Assembly (NCBI RefSeq): GCF_041737645.1
Contig: NZ_JBGSRI010000036.1
Coordinates: 7,154-71,153 of the forward strand
Source of the DNA: Sphingorhabdus sp.
GTDB lineage: Bacteria; Pseudomonadota; Alphaproteobacteria; Sphingomonadales; Sphingomonadaceae
Direction: 5' to 3'
DNA: 64,000 nucleotides
A program made the translations under genes and the position numbers. Positions 39,165-48,897 of this stretch are shown piece by piece. Each line of letters starts with the position of its first letter. Within the stretch, counting starts at the first letter, position 1. The notes under the pieces were generated by a model. It saw only the letters and a list, made by a program, of their open reading frames with translations, was not told the origin of the DNA and did not search any database.

Positions 39165-40339
39165 ATGTAGACGAGGCACAAGCCCGCTTATTGGCTTTGG
39201 CCGATCCACTACCCCCGATCAGCAGGCCGGTTGCCACCTGCGTCGGCCATTATCTTGCCGAACCGGTCATTGCACAACGGACGCAGCCAGCGGCGGATCT
39301 ATCGGCGATGGATGGCTATGCATTTCGCTTTGCCGACCTGCCCGGCCCTTGGAAGGTTATTGGCGAAAGCGCGGCGGGGCGGCCCTTTTCCGGCGATGTA
39401 GGTCCGGGCGAAGCGATACGGATATTCACCGGCGCGCATCTACCAAAAGGTGCCGACAGCATTTTGATACAGGAAGAAGCAACGCGTGATGGCGGCGCAC
39501 TCACCCTCACTGGCGACGGGCCACCCCACATCGGCGCGCATATCCGGCGCAAGGGCAGCGATTTTTCAAAAGGCGATGCACTTTTGGCAACAGGCGAAAG
39601 GTTGAACGCAGGGGGCATCGCGGCCGCGGTTATGGCCGGATTTGGCGCACTGAATGTCGGCGGACGTCCCAAAATCTCGATAATCGCCACGGGCGACGAA
39701 TTGCGACCGGCGGGCGTCGCGTGCGATGATGCCCATATTCCTTCGTCCAACAGCGTCATGTTGGCGGCGATGCTGGCGTCCCTGCCCTGTGACGTTGATG
39801 ACAGGGGCATTGTTGCCGACAGGCTGGATGATGTTGAGGCAATGCTGCGGGCGTGCAGCGGTTCCGACATCATAGTGACCAGCGGCGGCGCATCGGTGGG
39901 TGACCATGATCTGGTTCAACCCGCATTGCGTAATGTCGGTGCCGAGATCGATTTCTGGAAAGTCGCCATGCGGCCGGGTAAGCCGTTGATGGCGGGGCGG
40001 CTCGGGACATCGGTTGTGCTGGGGTTGCCGGGGAACCCTTCTTCAGCCTTTGTTACCGCTTTTCTGTTCCTGTTGCCCTTATTGCGACATCTGGCGGGGT
40101 GCAAAGCGCCGTTTCCAGAAGTTTTTACCTTGCTTGATGAATGCGAACTGCCACCGCCCGGCGCGCGCACGGAATATTTCCGCGCAAAGATACATAATGG
40201 TTATATATCAGATATTTATGGACGTGACAGCGGCCTGATAACACCGCTTTCCCAAGCCAATGCCCTGCTTATCAACCCCCAACAAAACCCGCTCCAAGCT
40301 TCAGCCGAGTCAACAAAATACTATCATCTGCTGGATTGA
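39158..40339 (+). CDS. moeA: molybdopterin molybdotransferase
   Basis: [13 protein letters not shown]-terminus, [14 protein letters not shown]-like ATGDEL, and [10 protein letters not shown] motifs. The ATG at 39158 (GGAG 8 nt upstream) overlaps the moaC stop; the longest ORF starts at 39143. Confidence 0.85.
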   Translation: MLNVDEAQARLLALADPLPPISRPVATCVGHYLAEPVIAQRTQPAADLSAMDGYAFRFADLPGPWKVIGESAAGRPFSGDVGPGEAIRIFTGAHLPKGADSILIQEEATRDGGALTLTGDGPPHIGAHIRRKGSDFSKGDALLATGERLNAGGIAAAVMAGFGALNVGGRPKISIIATGDELRPAGVACDDAHIPSSNSVMLAAMLASLPCDVDDRGIVADRLDDVEAMLRACSGSDIIVTSGGASVGDHDLVQPALRNVGAEIDFWKVAMRPGKPLMAGRLGTSVVLGLPGNPSSAFVTAFLFLLPLLRHLAGCKAPFPEVFTLLDECELPPPGARTEYFRAKIHNGYISDIYGRDSGLITPLSQANALLINPQQNPLQASAESTKYYHLLD

Positions 40340-40385
40340 GTGTTGGGAAAGACGGGTATTTATTGTTCTTGACTTGATCCAATAT

Positions 40386-40411
40386 GTTCCCTAATCGTTC
40401 CTGCCATGTTC
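40386..40411 (+). promoter_or_regulatory. tandem alphaproteobacterial-type LexA (SOS) boxes GTTC-N7-GTTC-N7-GTTC
   Basis: GTTC occurs at 40386, 40397 and 40408 with exact 7-nt spacers, 21-46 nt upstream of the lexA ATG. A TTGACT -35-like hexamer lies at 40369-40374, and a degenerate GTTC-N7-GATC at 40365-40379. Confidence 0.7.
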
Positions 40412-40431
40412 AACACATCGGGAACACGATA

Positions 40432-41118
40432 ATGCTCACCGCGAAACAACATGAATTGCTTCTTTTCATTAACCAGCGCCTGGAAGGCAGCGGTATTTCT
40501 CCTTCTTTTGAAGAGATGAAGGAAGCTCTCGACCTGAAGAGCAAGTCAGGTGTGCACCGATTGATCGGCGCGCTCGAAGAACGTGGCTTTATCCGGCGGC
40601 TTGCCAATCGTGCCCGCGCACTCGAAGTGATGAAAATGCCCGAAGGCGGGGGTAGCAGATCGGCAACGATTGCCAAGCTCACCCCTGCCATCGCTTCGAA
40701 CAAAGCGCAGGTCAATTTGCCAGTGGCCGCCAATGACGTTCTTGAAATTCCGTTGCATGGCAAAATTGCCGCCGGTGTTCCGATTGAGGCGCTTGAGGGG
40801 CAGAGCTCGCTTTCGGTGCCAATGGCTTTGCTGGGCAGCGGAGAGCATTATGCCCTCGAAGTTTCCGGCGACTCCATGGTCGAGGCAGGCATCTTGGATG
40901 GCGACTATGCCCTGATCAAGAAAGCAAACACCGCGCGCGACGGCGAAATTGTGGTCGCACTGGTTCGTGGTGAAGAAGCAACGCTGAAATATCTACGCCG
41001 TGATGGCCAAAGGATACGGCTTGATCCGGCCAATCAGGCATATGAACCGCAATATTTCGAAGCACACGAAGTTGAGGTGCAGGGCAAGCTTGCGGGACTG
41101 TTGCGGCGCTATCATTAA
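40432..41118 (+). CDS. lexA: LexA repressor
   Basis: N-terminal winged HTH ([12 protein letters not shown]...SPSFEEM), cleavage site region AAG, and the S24 peptidase motif GDSM...GD. I chose the ATG at 40432; the longest ORF starts at 40384, which would cover the SOS boxes. Confidence 0.9.
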   Translation: MLTAKQHELLLFINQRLEGSGISPSFEEMKEALDLKSKSGVHRLIGALEERGFIRRLANRARALEVMKMPEGGGSRSATIAKLTPAIASNKAQVNLPVAANDVLEIPLHGKIAAGVPIEALEGQSSLSVPMALLGSGEHYALEVSGDSMVEAGILDGDYALIKKANTARDGEIVVALVRGEEATLKYLRRDGQRIRLDPANQAYEPQYFEAHEVEVQGKLAGLLRRYH

Positions 41119-43265
41119 GGGGCGTCTGCCAGCGCCTTTGCGGCGCGGGCGGCCTTTACCCAAGGATAATGGGCGTTGTTGTCATTAACGGTTACAAGCC
41201 TTTGTTGCGGTAAATAGAAGGCCAATCCGCCGGTTTCTGCCAACATCTTCCTATCGGCCTTGATCCATTTAGGTCGACATGAAGATGGCAGCCATCGGTC
41301 GCTGATGACAATATCAACCCGCTTACACGCCGCCGCCATTTCCATCGCCGGTATCGGGTAAGGTGTTCGGGTAGCAAGAATGAGCCAGCGCCGTTTGTCA
41401 CGGAGAATCGATATGATACAGATATCGTCCGAACATCGCGCCCCGGGCCATCGTTCGATCGCGATAGGCTCGGCCGATGTTCCCACCTTCTCCAAAAGCA
41501 TATCCCGCGCAAATTCCCCAACCCGCGACCGCAACAAGGATACATCACCATTGGCATCGGCAAGCGCCAGATGCTGGCCATCCCCTGTAACCAATATATC
41601 AGGTCGCGGTGCCAACACCATCGCGATAAATCCGGCTACCAGGGGTAAAAGCCCGAAGAAACGCAAACGGCTTTTCAACAATCCGGTAATCAGCGCGCCC
41701 CCTAGAATTGCCAGAAACGCCCAGAAAGGCATGGCAGGCAACATCGTGACAGCGCCCGGCAATGCGCTAAAATATCGCGCAATCATCAATATGGCTGCGA
41801 CGCCCTGCCCCGCAACCCACCAAAATGGCGCTCCTAATCCTGCGATATCCGCAATCAAAGCCAACGCTTGCGCTGGCATTATAATGAAGGTGGTCAAAGG
41901 AATGGCGATAACATTCGCAAGCGCGCTATACATTCCGGTGCGATGGAAATGGAACAAGGCAATTGGTGCCAGTACCAGTTCTATGGCTATGCCGGTGACG
42001 ACCAAAGTCACCAATCCGCGCGCCATACGGACGATGAAATTCTCCTCTTTTATTGCTGCCCATTGCATCATCCACGGCGTTTCATGCAAAAGCAAAATAG
42101 TTGTCACCGCTGCAAAACTTAGTTGGAAACTTGGCCCCGCCATAGATTCTGGCCAGATCAGCAATATCACGCAGGCTCCAAAGGCAACCAGACGAAGCGT
42201 CAACGCATCGCGACCCAAAGCCATTGCCAGCAGGATAAGAAGTGCCGCAATACACGACCTGATCGTTGGAACCTCTGCGCCTGCAAGCAACGTATATGCA
42301 ACCGCGCCCAACGCAGCAAAGCTCGCAGATAATAATGGAACGGTAAGCCGAAGGGCGACAGAGGGGATTAACGATAGAGTTCTATTACTCAGAAGAAACA
42401 GGAAACCCACAACCGCGGTGACATGCAAGCCGCTGATGGATAACAAATGCGCCATGCCGCTGTCTCGCATGGCCTGGGCGTCGACCGGATCGATATTCCC
42501 TTGATCTCCGGTAATCAAAGCAGCCCCCATTTCGCCAGTGCCATTGGGCATTTGGCTTATAATATGTCGGGTCAACGTGGTTCGAATGTCACCGATAAAT
42601 ACACCATTTTCAGAGCTTTTATAAACCGAAACCGGGCCTATCGCGCTTCCTGTAGCGCCGATTTGTTGAAACCAGGCACGTCGTGCAAAGTCATATCCGC
42701 CGGGCAATGCCGGTCCAGCCGGCGGCATGAGACGGGCGCGCGTATGGACAATGGCTCCGACCCTGAAATTCTGCTTTTCATATTGCTCGGGCTTAAGGTT
42801 GATCCGGATTTTCCGCGGCAGATTTTGAAGGCTTCCAGTATCCAACTCAAGCCGGACAACGTCGCGTGCACCGAGTATTTCTACTTTTGCAATTCGTCCA
42901 TACAGCGAACCAACCCAGATTTTTCCCAAAACTGGCGCCGCTACCTGTTCCGACTTTATCGCGATTGCGCCGTAGCCGACCGACAGAGCTATGCCGGCGA
43001 CAAAAAGCGAATGGCCCAAGCGGCCGGCAAGTCCAAAATATATTCCAGCAACCGAAACCGACCAAAATATCAAAAAAAGCGGGGTAATTCTGTCCGTGCC
43101 TGTGAGTTGCCAAAGCCCAATCCCTATGCCGATAAGCACAGGCAGCCAAAGCGAAAGCCGATCGCGCTCGATATTAAGCCAACGCTCAACCCTATCGATT
43201 CTACGATTGGGATGGATGAGATTCCCGCGACGTTCGCTCAAATAATTACGGAAAAACCCAATCAT
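41115..43265 (-). CDS. comEC: ComEC/Rec2 family DNA internalisation channel protein
   Basis: 716 aa polytopic membrane protein with a competence-domain pattern ([13 protein letters not shown]). Its stop overlaps the lexA stop (TTAA). Confidence 0.85.
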   Translation of the reverse strand: MIGFFRNYLSERRGNLIHPNRRIDRVERWLNIERDRLSLWLPVLIGIGIGLWQLTGTDRITPLFLIFWSVSVAGIYFGLAGRLGHSLFVAGIALSVGYGAIAIKSEQVAAPVLGKIWVGSLYGRIAKVEILGARDVVRLELDTGSLQNLPRKIRINLKPEQYEKQNFRVGAIVHTRARLMPPAGPALPGGYDFARRAWFQQIGATGSAIGPVSVYKSSENGVFIGDIRTTLTRHIISQMPNGTGEMGAALITGDQGNIDPVDAQAMRDSGMAHLLSISGLHVTAVVGFLFLLSNRTLSLIPSVALRLTVPLLSASFAALGAVAYTLLAGAEVPTIRSCIAALLILLAMALGRDALTLRLVAFGACVILLIWPESMAGPSFQLSFAAVTTILLLHETPWMMQWAAIKEENFIVRMARGLVTLVVTGIAIELVLAPIALFHFHRTGMYSALANVIAIPLTTFIIMPAQALALIADIAGLGAPFWWVAGQGVAAILMIARYFSALPGAVTMLPAMPFWAFLAILGGALITGLLKSRLRFFGLLPLVAGFIAMVLAPRPDILVTGDGQHLALADANGDVSLLRSRVGEFARDMLLEKVGTSAEPIAIERWPGARCSDDICIISILRDKRRWLILATRTPYPIPAMEMAAACKRVDIVISDRWLPSSCRPKWIKADRKMLAETGGLAFYLPQQRLVTVNDNNAHYPWVKAARAAKALADAP

Positions 43266-43541
43266 GTCAGAAGCGTAGCATCTATGTCACAGATAACAAA
43301 TATAGCAACGGTGATGCTAAATGCTTTGCCTTGACGACCGTGTAATTTCACACCATTGCCAACAAATAACAAAGCCCGTTTCGGCGATTGGAATAGTGGC
43401 ATTTGAAAAGCCTAAAGCACATATATCTGGCGTTTTTGACGCCTATTGACGAAAATGGGAACTGGTTTGAAAAACAGATTGAACCAGTTGTATTAAATAG
43501 AGACACCGGGCGGACCGGGTGGGAAGTAATGGAGTTTGAAA

Positions 43542-44828
43542 ATGTCTGAAAACAATGCAACGCTGACAATTGGGGATAACAGCTACGCACTGCCTATTAT
43601 GAAGGGCAATGAGGGACCTGACGTTCTCGACATCCGAAAATTATATGGCGTTTCTGACCATTTTACTTTTGACCCGGGCTTTACTTCAACAGCAAGTTGC
43701 GAGTCTGCCATTACGTTTATCGATGGCGACAAAGGCATTTTGCTTCACCGCGGATATTCAATTGAGGAGCTTTCGGAGAAATCCAGCTTCATGGAAGTTT
43801 CCTACCTTTTGTTGAATGGTGAGTTGCCTAGCAAAACGCAGCTTAGCAATTTCAGCCACACTATTTCTCGGCATACGATGTTGCATGAACAACTTGCCAC
43901 TTTCTATCGCGGTTTTCGCCGTGACGGCCATCCAATGGCGATCATGTGCGGTGTTGTCGGGGCTTTATCGGCATTTTACCATGACTCAACCGACATCAGC
44001 GATCCAACCCATCGCATGATTTCGAGCCACCGGTTGATCGCCAAGATGCCGACAATCGCAGCGATGGCTTATAAATATTCAATTGGTCAGCCATTTCTTT
44101 ATCCAGACAATAGCTTGTCTTACACTGGCAATTTCCTTCGCATGACATTCGGGGTCCCTGCAGAACCTTATGTTGTAAATCCGGTCATTGAACGGGCTTT
44201 GGATCGCATATTCATTTTGCATGCAGATCATGAACAGAACGCTTCGACCTCCACCGTGCGTTTGGCTGGTTCTTCTGGCGCAAATCCTTTCGCATGCATT
44301 GCCGCCGGCATCGCTTGTCTCTGGGGACCAGCACATGGCGGGGCCAATGAGGCTGCCCTTAACATGCTTCGCGAAATAGGCACACCCGACAGAATTCCGC
44401 ATTACATCGAACGCGCAAAGGACAAGAACGACCCTTTCCGCTTGATGGGCTTCGGGCATCGCGTCTATAAAAATTACGATCCTCGTGCGACGGTAATGCA
44501 GAAAACTGTTCGTGAGGTTTTGACTGAGTTGAAAGTTAGTGATCCAATTTTTGATGTGGCGCTTCAGCTTGAAGAAATGGCTCTGAATGATCCCTATTTC
44601 ATCGAGAAAAAATTGTTCCCCAACGTCGATTTTTATTCGGGAATAATCTTGTCGGCCATCGGTTTCCCGACCGAAATGTTTACAGTATTGTTCGCCCTTT
44701 CGCGGACCGTCGGCTGGGTCGCGCAATGGAACGAGATGATTTCTGATCCAGGCCAGAAAATTGGACGTCCGCGCCAACTCTATACAGGTCCGCAAATGCG
44801 CCCTTACCCGTCATTTGACGATCGTTAA
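43542..44828 (+). CDS. gltA: citrate synthase (type II)
   Basis: [14 protein letters not shown] and [14 protein letters not shown] motifs. I chose the ATG at 43542 (GGAG 7 nt upstream); the longest ORF has a TTG at 43536. Confidence 0.95.
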   Translation: MSENNATLTIGDNSYALPIMKGNEGPDVLDIRKLYGVSDHFTFDPGFTSTASCESAITFIDGDKGILLHRGYSIEELSEKSSFMEVSYLLLNGELPSKTQLSNFSHTISRHTMLHEQLATFYRGFRRDGHPMAIMCGVVGALSAFYHDSTDISDPTHRMISSHRLIAKMPTIAAMAYKYSIGQPFLYPDNSLSYTGNFLRMTFGVPAEPYVVNPVIERALDRIFILHADHEQNASTSTVRLAGSSGANPFACIAAGIACLWGPAHGGANEAALNMLREIGTPDRIPHYIERAKDKNDPFRLMGFGHRVYKNYDPRATVMQKTVREVLTELKVSDPIFDVALQLEEMALNDPYFIEKKLFPNVDFYSGIILSAIGFPTEMFTVLFALSRTVGWVAQWNEMISDPGQKIGRPRQLYTGPQMRPYPSFDDR

Positions 44829-44832
44829 TCAG

Positions 44833-46182
44833 TCAGGAATTTGGAAGGCGGAGGACGAATTTAGCTCCACCGCCTTCTGAATCTGTAACAAAAAGATCGC
44901 CGCCCATCGCGCACGCCAATCGACGGGAAATATAAAGACCAAGACCACTACCACCGTCTCCAGATCTTCCAAGTCTTTCAAATTTTTGAAAAACTTTTTC
45001 ACGGTCAGCGCCGAATATACCTTTTCCCTGATCACTAACTGTCACTATCGCATATTTATCAGCCGTCTCGGTTTCGATAGTTATAGCTGTCCCGTCCGAC
45101 GAATACCGTATAGCGTTGTTAACCAAATTTAACATAATTTGTAACGTCCGCCGGAACTCGGCGATTGCAACTACATTAGTATCATCGGCAGGTGTATTGA
45201 TTTTAATACGATGATCCGCAGCTTTTAGCGCGAGCAATCCCGCAACTCGCCGCGCAACATCGCCCAATTCAATCGTGTCGCGGGCCGTTTGAAAGTCGAT
45301 TCTTTCGACAGCTTCCAAATCACCGAGATCATCAACCAAAGCAGATAAATGCCGCGCTGCATTGGCTATATCCCTGGCGTAAAGTGCATAATTTTCTCGT
45401 ATTGGTCCCTGCAATTCTCCGCCAATAGTTTCAGCATTGGCAATAATTCGTCCCAAAGGTTGCCTCAGTACCGGTGCCAAATTCTTACCAAAAAGATTGC
45501 CCGCAACATCGCCGTAGTTCGCCTCAACGATCGACAACGGTTTTTCGTAAAGTGGATCGAATCGAAGTCGAAATCCAAAAACAGCCTGCCGCTCGTCATC
45601 GATGATATCGCCGCTAACATCGAACGCTCTCCCGTCTGACTGCCGCTTTATTTGCATTGTCTTGATGCTAACTCCAGTGGACAGGGCGGATATAAGGTTT
45701 GCTAATGGAACTCCGTTCTCAAAGATATTGGTCAGCACTTCCACACCATTTTTACCAAAGTCGGAGGGCACCAAACCATGTGCAGCAATTCCTTTGGCGC
45801 TTATCAAGCGCCCATGGCGGTCAAATACCATCTGGTTTTCGATGCTGTCGGGCATCGATGTGAGTATCAAATTTCTTTTGTTTAAAACTGGCAATGCGCG
45901 CCAACTTAAAATCGAAACCTTCGCGAATTGCAGTGTGGGATGGACTTCAATCCAAAGTTCCAAATGGTCTTCATTGTCTGCAACACGCACGGCGCGAGAA
46001 AGCTTCATTTGCAAATTCAAGGATAGCTTCGCCAATTTGGCGATGGCGGGCACGGCGATCGCGCCACCCTCTACTCCGCCGGCCCTTTGATTCAATCGCA
46101 AAAAAGCTTCGTCAGCTCGCAGCAACTTTCCATCATTGTCAATTTCACCTGAAATAGGCTGGGTTAAATTCGGTCCACTCAT
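44833..46182 (-). CDS. cytoplasmic histidine-kinase-like protein (HisKA-like DHp lacking the conserved His, plus HATPase_c)
   Basis: The ATP-binding domain appears intact: N box LVNNAIRY, G1 DQGKGI, F box FQKFERL, G2 GGSGLGLYISR. In the DHp helix, FGKNLAPVLRQPLGRI aligns with the consensus F....SHELRTPL, which places Pro237 (nt 45472-45474) at the His position. No TM helices. The N-terminal 225 aa or so may contain two PAS-like folds. Confidence 0.75.
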   Translation of the reverse strand: MSGPNLTQPISGEIDNDGKLLRADEAFLRLNQRAGGVEGGAIAVPAIAKLAKLSLNLQMKLSRAVRVADNEDHLELWIEVHPTLQFAKVSILSWRALPVLNKRNLILTSMPDSIENQMVFDRHGRLISAKGIAAHGLVPSDFGKNGVEVLTNIFENGVPLANLISALSTGVSIKTMQIKRQSDGRAFDVSGDIIDDERQAVFGFRLRFDPLYEKPLSIVEANYGDVAGNLFGKNLAPVLRQPLGRIIANAETIGGELQGPIRENYALYARDIANAARHLSALVDDLGDLEAVERIDFQTARDTIELGDVARRVAGLLALKAADHRIKINTPADDTNVVAIAEFRRTLQIMLNLVNNAIRYSSDGTAITIETETADKYAIVTVSDQGKGIFGADREKVFQKFERLGRSGDGGSGLGLYISRRLACAMGGDLFVTDSEGGGAKFVLRLPNS

Positions 46183-47150
46183 ATCGTCTTCCCGGACGCG
46201 AGATATTGCGACCTTTCTGACGCCCAGTAACTAATTTCTTCCAAAGCAGATTCGCGCGTAACTTCCGCGTAGCTAGCCTCAAAAATTCCAAAATCATGCG
46301 CCGAAGTACGATTGCCACTAAATAAGAGCATATTGCGAATGGCATGGTCTTTATCAACAGCGCACGCGGCAAGCATTAACGCGTAAGGAGCAGAGGATTG
46401 TGCATTTAATAAATGTAAGACATGGTCATAATCCAGCTCCAAATGGGCGGACAAAGCAGCCACATGCAAGCGAAGACCCGCAACTTCTGGGTGAAGAAAT
46501 TCTTCAAGTTCAACACCACGGGTGAAATGCACAATTTTTCTTGCAGCATCCAGCGCTCGATCCGCTTCCGAATATTGCGATATGAGAAACTTTGTTGAAG
46601 CGATGATTTCTGGGTTCCTGCCGCCATTAACAATTTCCAGCGCTGCAACAACTCTCCAGCATAACTTGTGTAATAATTCAGGGGGTAACCCAAGGAAACT
46701 ATTGCCCGATCCGAAACGATGCAAGCTTTCCGCTGCTAACAAAGTCTGCGCTGAATCTGCGATGTGACTCTCGGAATTATCCAGTAATTTCGTGGCAAAA
46801 GTCGCGATTGGAAATTCCAAACACGACTCGAGACGGTCTTCTGCGACCCGCGCCAATGTAAAGTCGATTAAGTCTGGCTCTCGCAAAAACCCTGAGGACG
46901 CCAATATTTCCCATGTGATTGACATGCGCGAGTGAGCATTTGGAATTAACTTTTTTTCCAGATCCGATACCAGCTGGATCAGCTTAGTCGACACCTTGCT
47001 AATGATTGCATCAGTTGGAGGATTTAGCGCTTTTGGAAAAATAATTGCCGCTACATCTGTGCACATGGCATGGATATCGCGAGCATGGCTTGCTGCGAGT
47101 TTAGATAACCCAAAATTTTCGTTAAAACCGTGATCCAACGGAATTTCCAA
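46179..47150 (-). CDS. hypothetical protein (predicted all-alpha, no recognised motif)
   Basis: 323-aa ORF whose stop overlaps the kinase-like gene start (ATGA). No family was recognised by eye. Confidence 0.6.
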   Translation of the reverse strand: MEIPLDHGFNENFGLSKLAASHARDIHAMCTDVAAIIFPKALNPPTDAIISKVSTKLIQLVSDLEKKLIPNAHSRMSITWEILASSGFLREPDLIDFTLARVAEDRLESCLEFPIATFATKLLDNSESHIADSAQTLLAAESLHRFGSGNSFLGLPPELLHKLCWRVVAALEIVNGGRNPEIIASTKFLISQYSEADRALDAARKIVHFTRGVELEEFLHPEVAGLRLHVAALSAHLELDYDHVLHLLNAQSSAPYALMLAACAVDKDHAIRNMLLFSGNRTSAHDFGIFEASYAEVTRESALEEISYWASERSQYLASGKTI

Positions 47151-47200
47151 GCTGATTTCAGCGACAATGGTAACCGTTAAAGGTTAACGTCGTTTTAAGT

Positions 47201-48427
47201 CTAATCATTCTTTACATGTTTTCTTTCAGATAGATGCCGTCCTGCGATAAGGAGTAAAAGCTGCGCCAAAACTACGGCTTTTATCCCGATTGAAAATACA
47301 GACATCAAAGCTGCCAAAATCAAACAAATAACGATAAGCGAAGGCGAAAGAAGTAACGCTTTGACCCAATGAGGCAAAGTCAGACTTCGTGCCAGAATGG
47401 CCAACCCAATGACTACTGCCATAAACGAAATCGTGTCTGAACTATAGTAGCTGAGCGAATAAGAGACCACTAAACCAGACGTACACAATATTAGCCAGAA
47501 TATACGATCAGGCCAAGTTCGATTTTTCAGATCAAAATCGTTCCCTTGAACAACAAAATCAAGATAATTACAAAATAGGCAACCAAGTGCCCCGAAAAGT
47601 GCCAAGATCGGTAAGTCGAAAAATGCCAATGCGAGGCACACTAATGAAAGTATGATACCCGAGAAACTAGAAAGCGACAAAAAATTGTCGTTTGACCAGA
47701 TTCTAAGTGCCAACAATTTGGCAAAGGGTGCATAAAAGGTCCGTTCCACCCATCCGCTTGATACCTTTGATCGAAAATTGAGAATCAGGTTATTTAGCTC
47801 GTGTGCCTTGGCTTTGCTGTTTATTTTAGCGATGGCCCTATTTTGCAGGTGAACCTGCGGAACCATCAGGAATTCCAACTTCTCTTGGACTGCCTGGCGA
47901 AGCAATGAAGAAACTAAATTCCAATCATCGGGCAACTCTTTCATTTTGAAAATGACTTCTGCATTCATCGCAGCAAAGCCGGCCCAACGGGTATTGAGAT
48001 CAATTCGTTCAAAGTCCGCATTTTCTTCGCGGCTGTCAATTGCCGCAAGAAATGCTGTTTTATGAGCCATGAGATCGGCGATGAGTTCATCAGAATAAAA
48101 ATGATCCTCTGCCTGAATAATTAATCGCATCCCAGGCCGAACCAATTCCCGAAGATCATTTATATTTCGTGCAAACTCAAGAGACAGTCCTTCTCGCCGA
48201 AACCGATCAACCATTGCAAGAAGCGCACCCGACACATTGTCTACTTCAATTATGAAAAACGAACATCCTGCTCTTCTGAGCGCCATCAACTGAATTTCTA
48301 ATAAGCAATTCCCGGCCACCCTGATAGGCTCAACCGTATTGTGCGTGGAAGATTGCTCTGCGGTGGCATCTGCTGCCGAAAGAAGGGCGACTAAATTATC
48401 TTGATGAAAAGTGACCGGCATTATCAA
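47201..48427 (-). CDS. hypothetical membrane protein: nucleotidyltransferase-like N-domain (degenerate) fused to a polytopic C-domain
   Basis: 408 aa. The N-terminal pattern LVALLSAADATAE..(12)..PIRVAGNCLLEIQLMALRRAGCSFFIIEV resembles NTP-transferase folds but lacks the LAGGxGxR loop. The C-terminal roughly 180 aa has about 5-6 TM helices and no intact DGxxAR CDP-alcohol transferase motif. Confidence 0.55.
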   Translation of the reverse strand: MIMPVTFHQDNLVALLSAADATAEQSSTHNTVEPIRVAGNCLLEIQLMALRRAGCSFFIIEVDNVSGALLAMVDRFRREGLSLEFARNINDLRELVRPGMRLIIQAEDHFYSDELIADLMAHKTAFLAAIDSREENADFERIDLNTRWAGFAAMNAEVIFKMKELPDDWNLVSSLLRQAVQEKLEFLMVPQVHLQNRAIAKINSKAKAHELNNLILNFRSKVSSGWVERTFYAPFAKLLALRIWSNDNFLSLSSFSGIILSLVCLALAFFDLPILALFGALGCLFCNYLDFVVQGNDFDLKNRTWPDRIFWLILCTSGLVVSYSLSYYSSDTISFMAVVIGLAILARSLTLPHWVKALLLSPSLIVICLILAALMSVFSIGIKAVVLAQLLLLIAGRHLSERKHVKND

Positions 48428-48512
48428 AACTGATATGGGCTACGGACCCGCATTGCCAACAATATTATTTACAGCGCCCTGAAAGCAAGACAACTGAGAA
48501 TGTACTTACCAG

Positions 48513-48827
48513 CTACAATAGAATTTCGTGGGTCTCAATTTCGCTGATTGCCGCAACTATTTTACGTAAAACGACCGGATCTCCGGGTGCACCGTCCACC
48601 GCCTCGTCCGCCAATACCATTAGCCGGGTTGCCCCAAAACTTGCGGCAAGACCTTTTAGTCGCCAACTTGTATATTGCCAGTTTGCGTCACATCGCGACC
48701 GGGTGAGCAGGCTCAATTGCCACTTAGCGCTCTCCACAAAAGAAGCGCGAAGTTCAGCAATGAGATCATCATTTTCGCCGGCAGCAGCCTTTAATGCTGT
48801 GTCAAAAGAGCCATAATCCATAGACAT
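48513..48827 (-). CDS. Hpt-like protein lacking the phospho-accepting His
   Basis: 104 aa. WRLKGLAASFGATRLMVLADEAV matches the Hpt core H-x-LKG-s-a-a-x-x-GA but has Trp55 (nt 48663-48665) at the His position. Confidence 0.5.
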   Translation of the reverse strand: MSMDYGSFDTALKAAAGENDDLIAELRASFVESAKWQLSLLTRSRCDANWQYTSWRLKGLAASFGATRLMVLADEAVDGAPGDPVVLRKIVAAISEIETHEILL

Positions 48828-48897
48828 TCAAAACTTATAACGAACATAGAGTTAACTTTGCGTTTCCCTGTGGATAAAATATGGTAAACAGGATTTT

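Noticed and set aside
41380-42504. 374-aa plus-strand ORF inside comEC.
   Set aside because: It is antisense to the polytopic ComEC gene. The Ser/Ala/Pro/Arg-rich translation has no motifs and is a shadow ORF.
44079-44795. 238-aa minus-strand ORF inside gltA.
   Set aside because: It is antisense to citrate synthase and shows no family resemblance.
48828-48897. CtrA box in the divergent promoter between the Hpt-like and coiled-coil genes.
   Set aside because: Only GTTAAC-tttgcg-TTTC is present. The second half-site is not TTAA, so this is not a credible full site.
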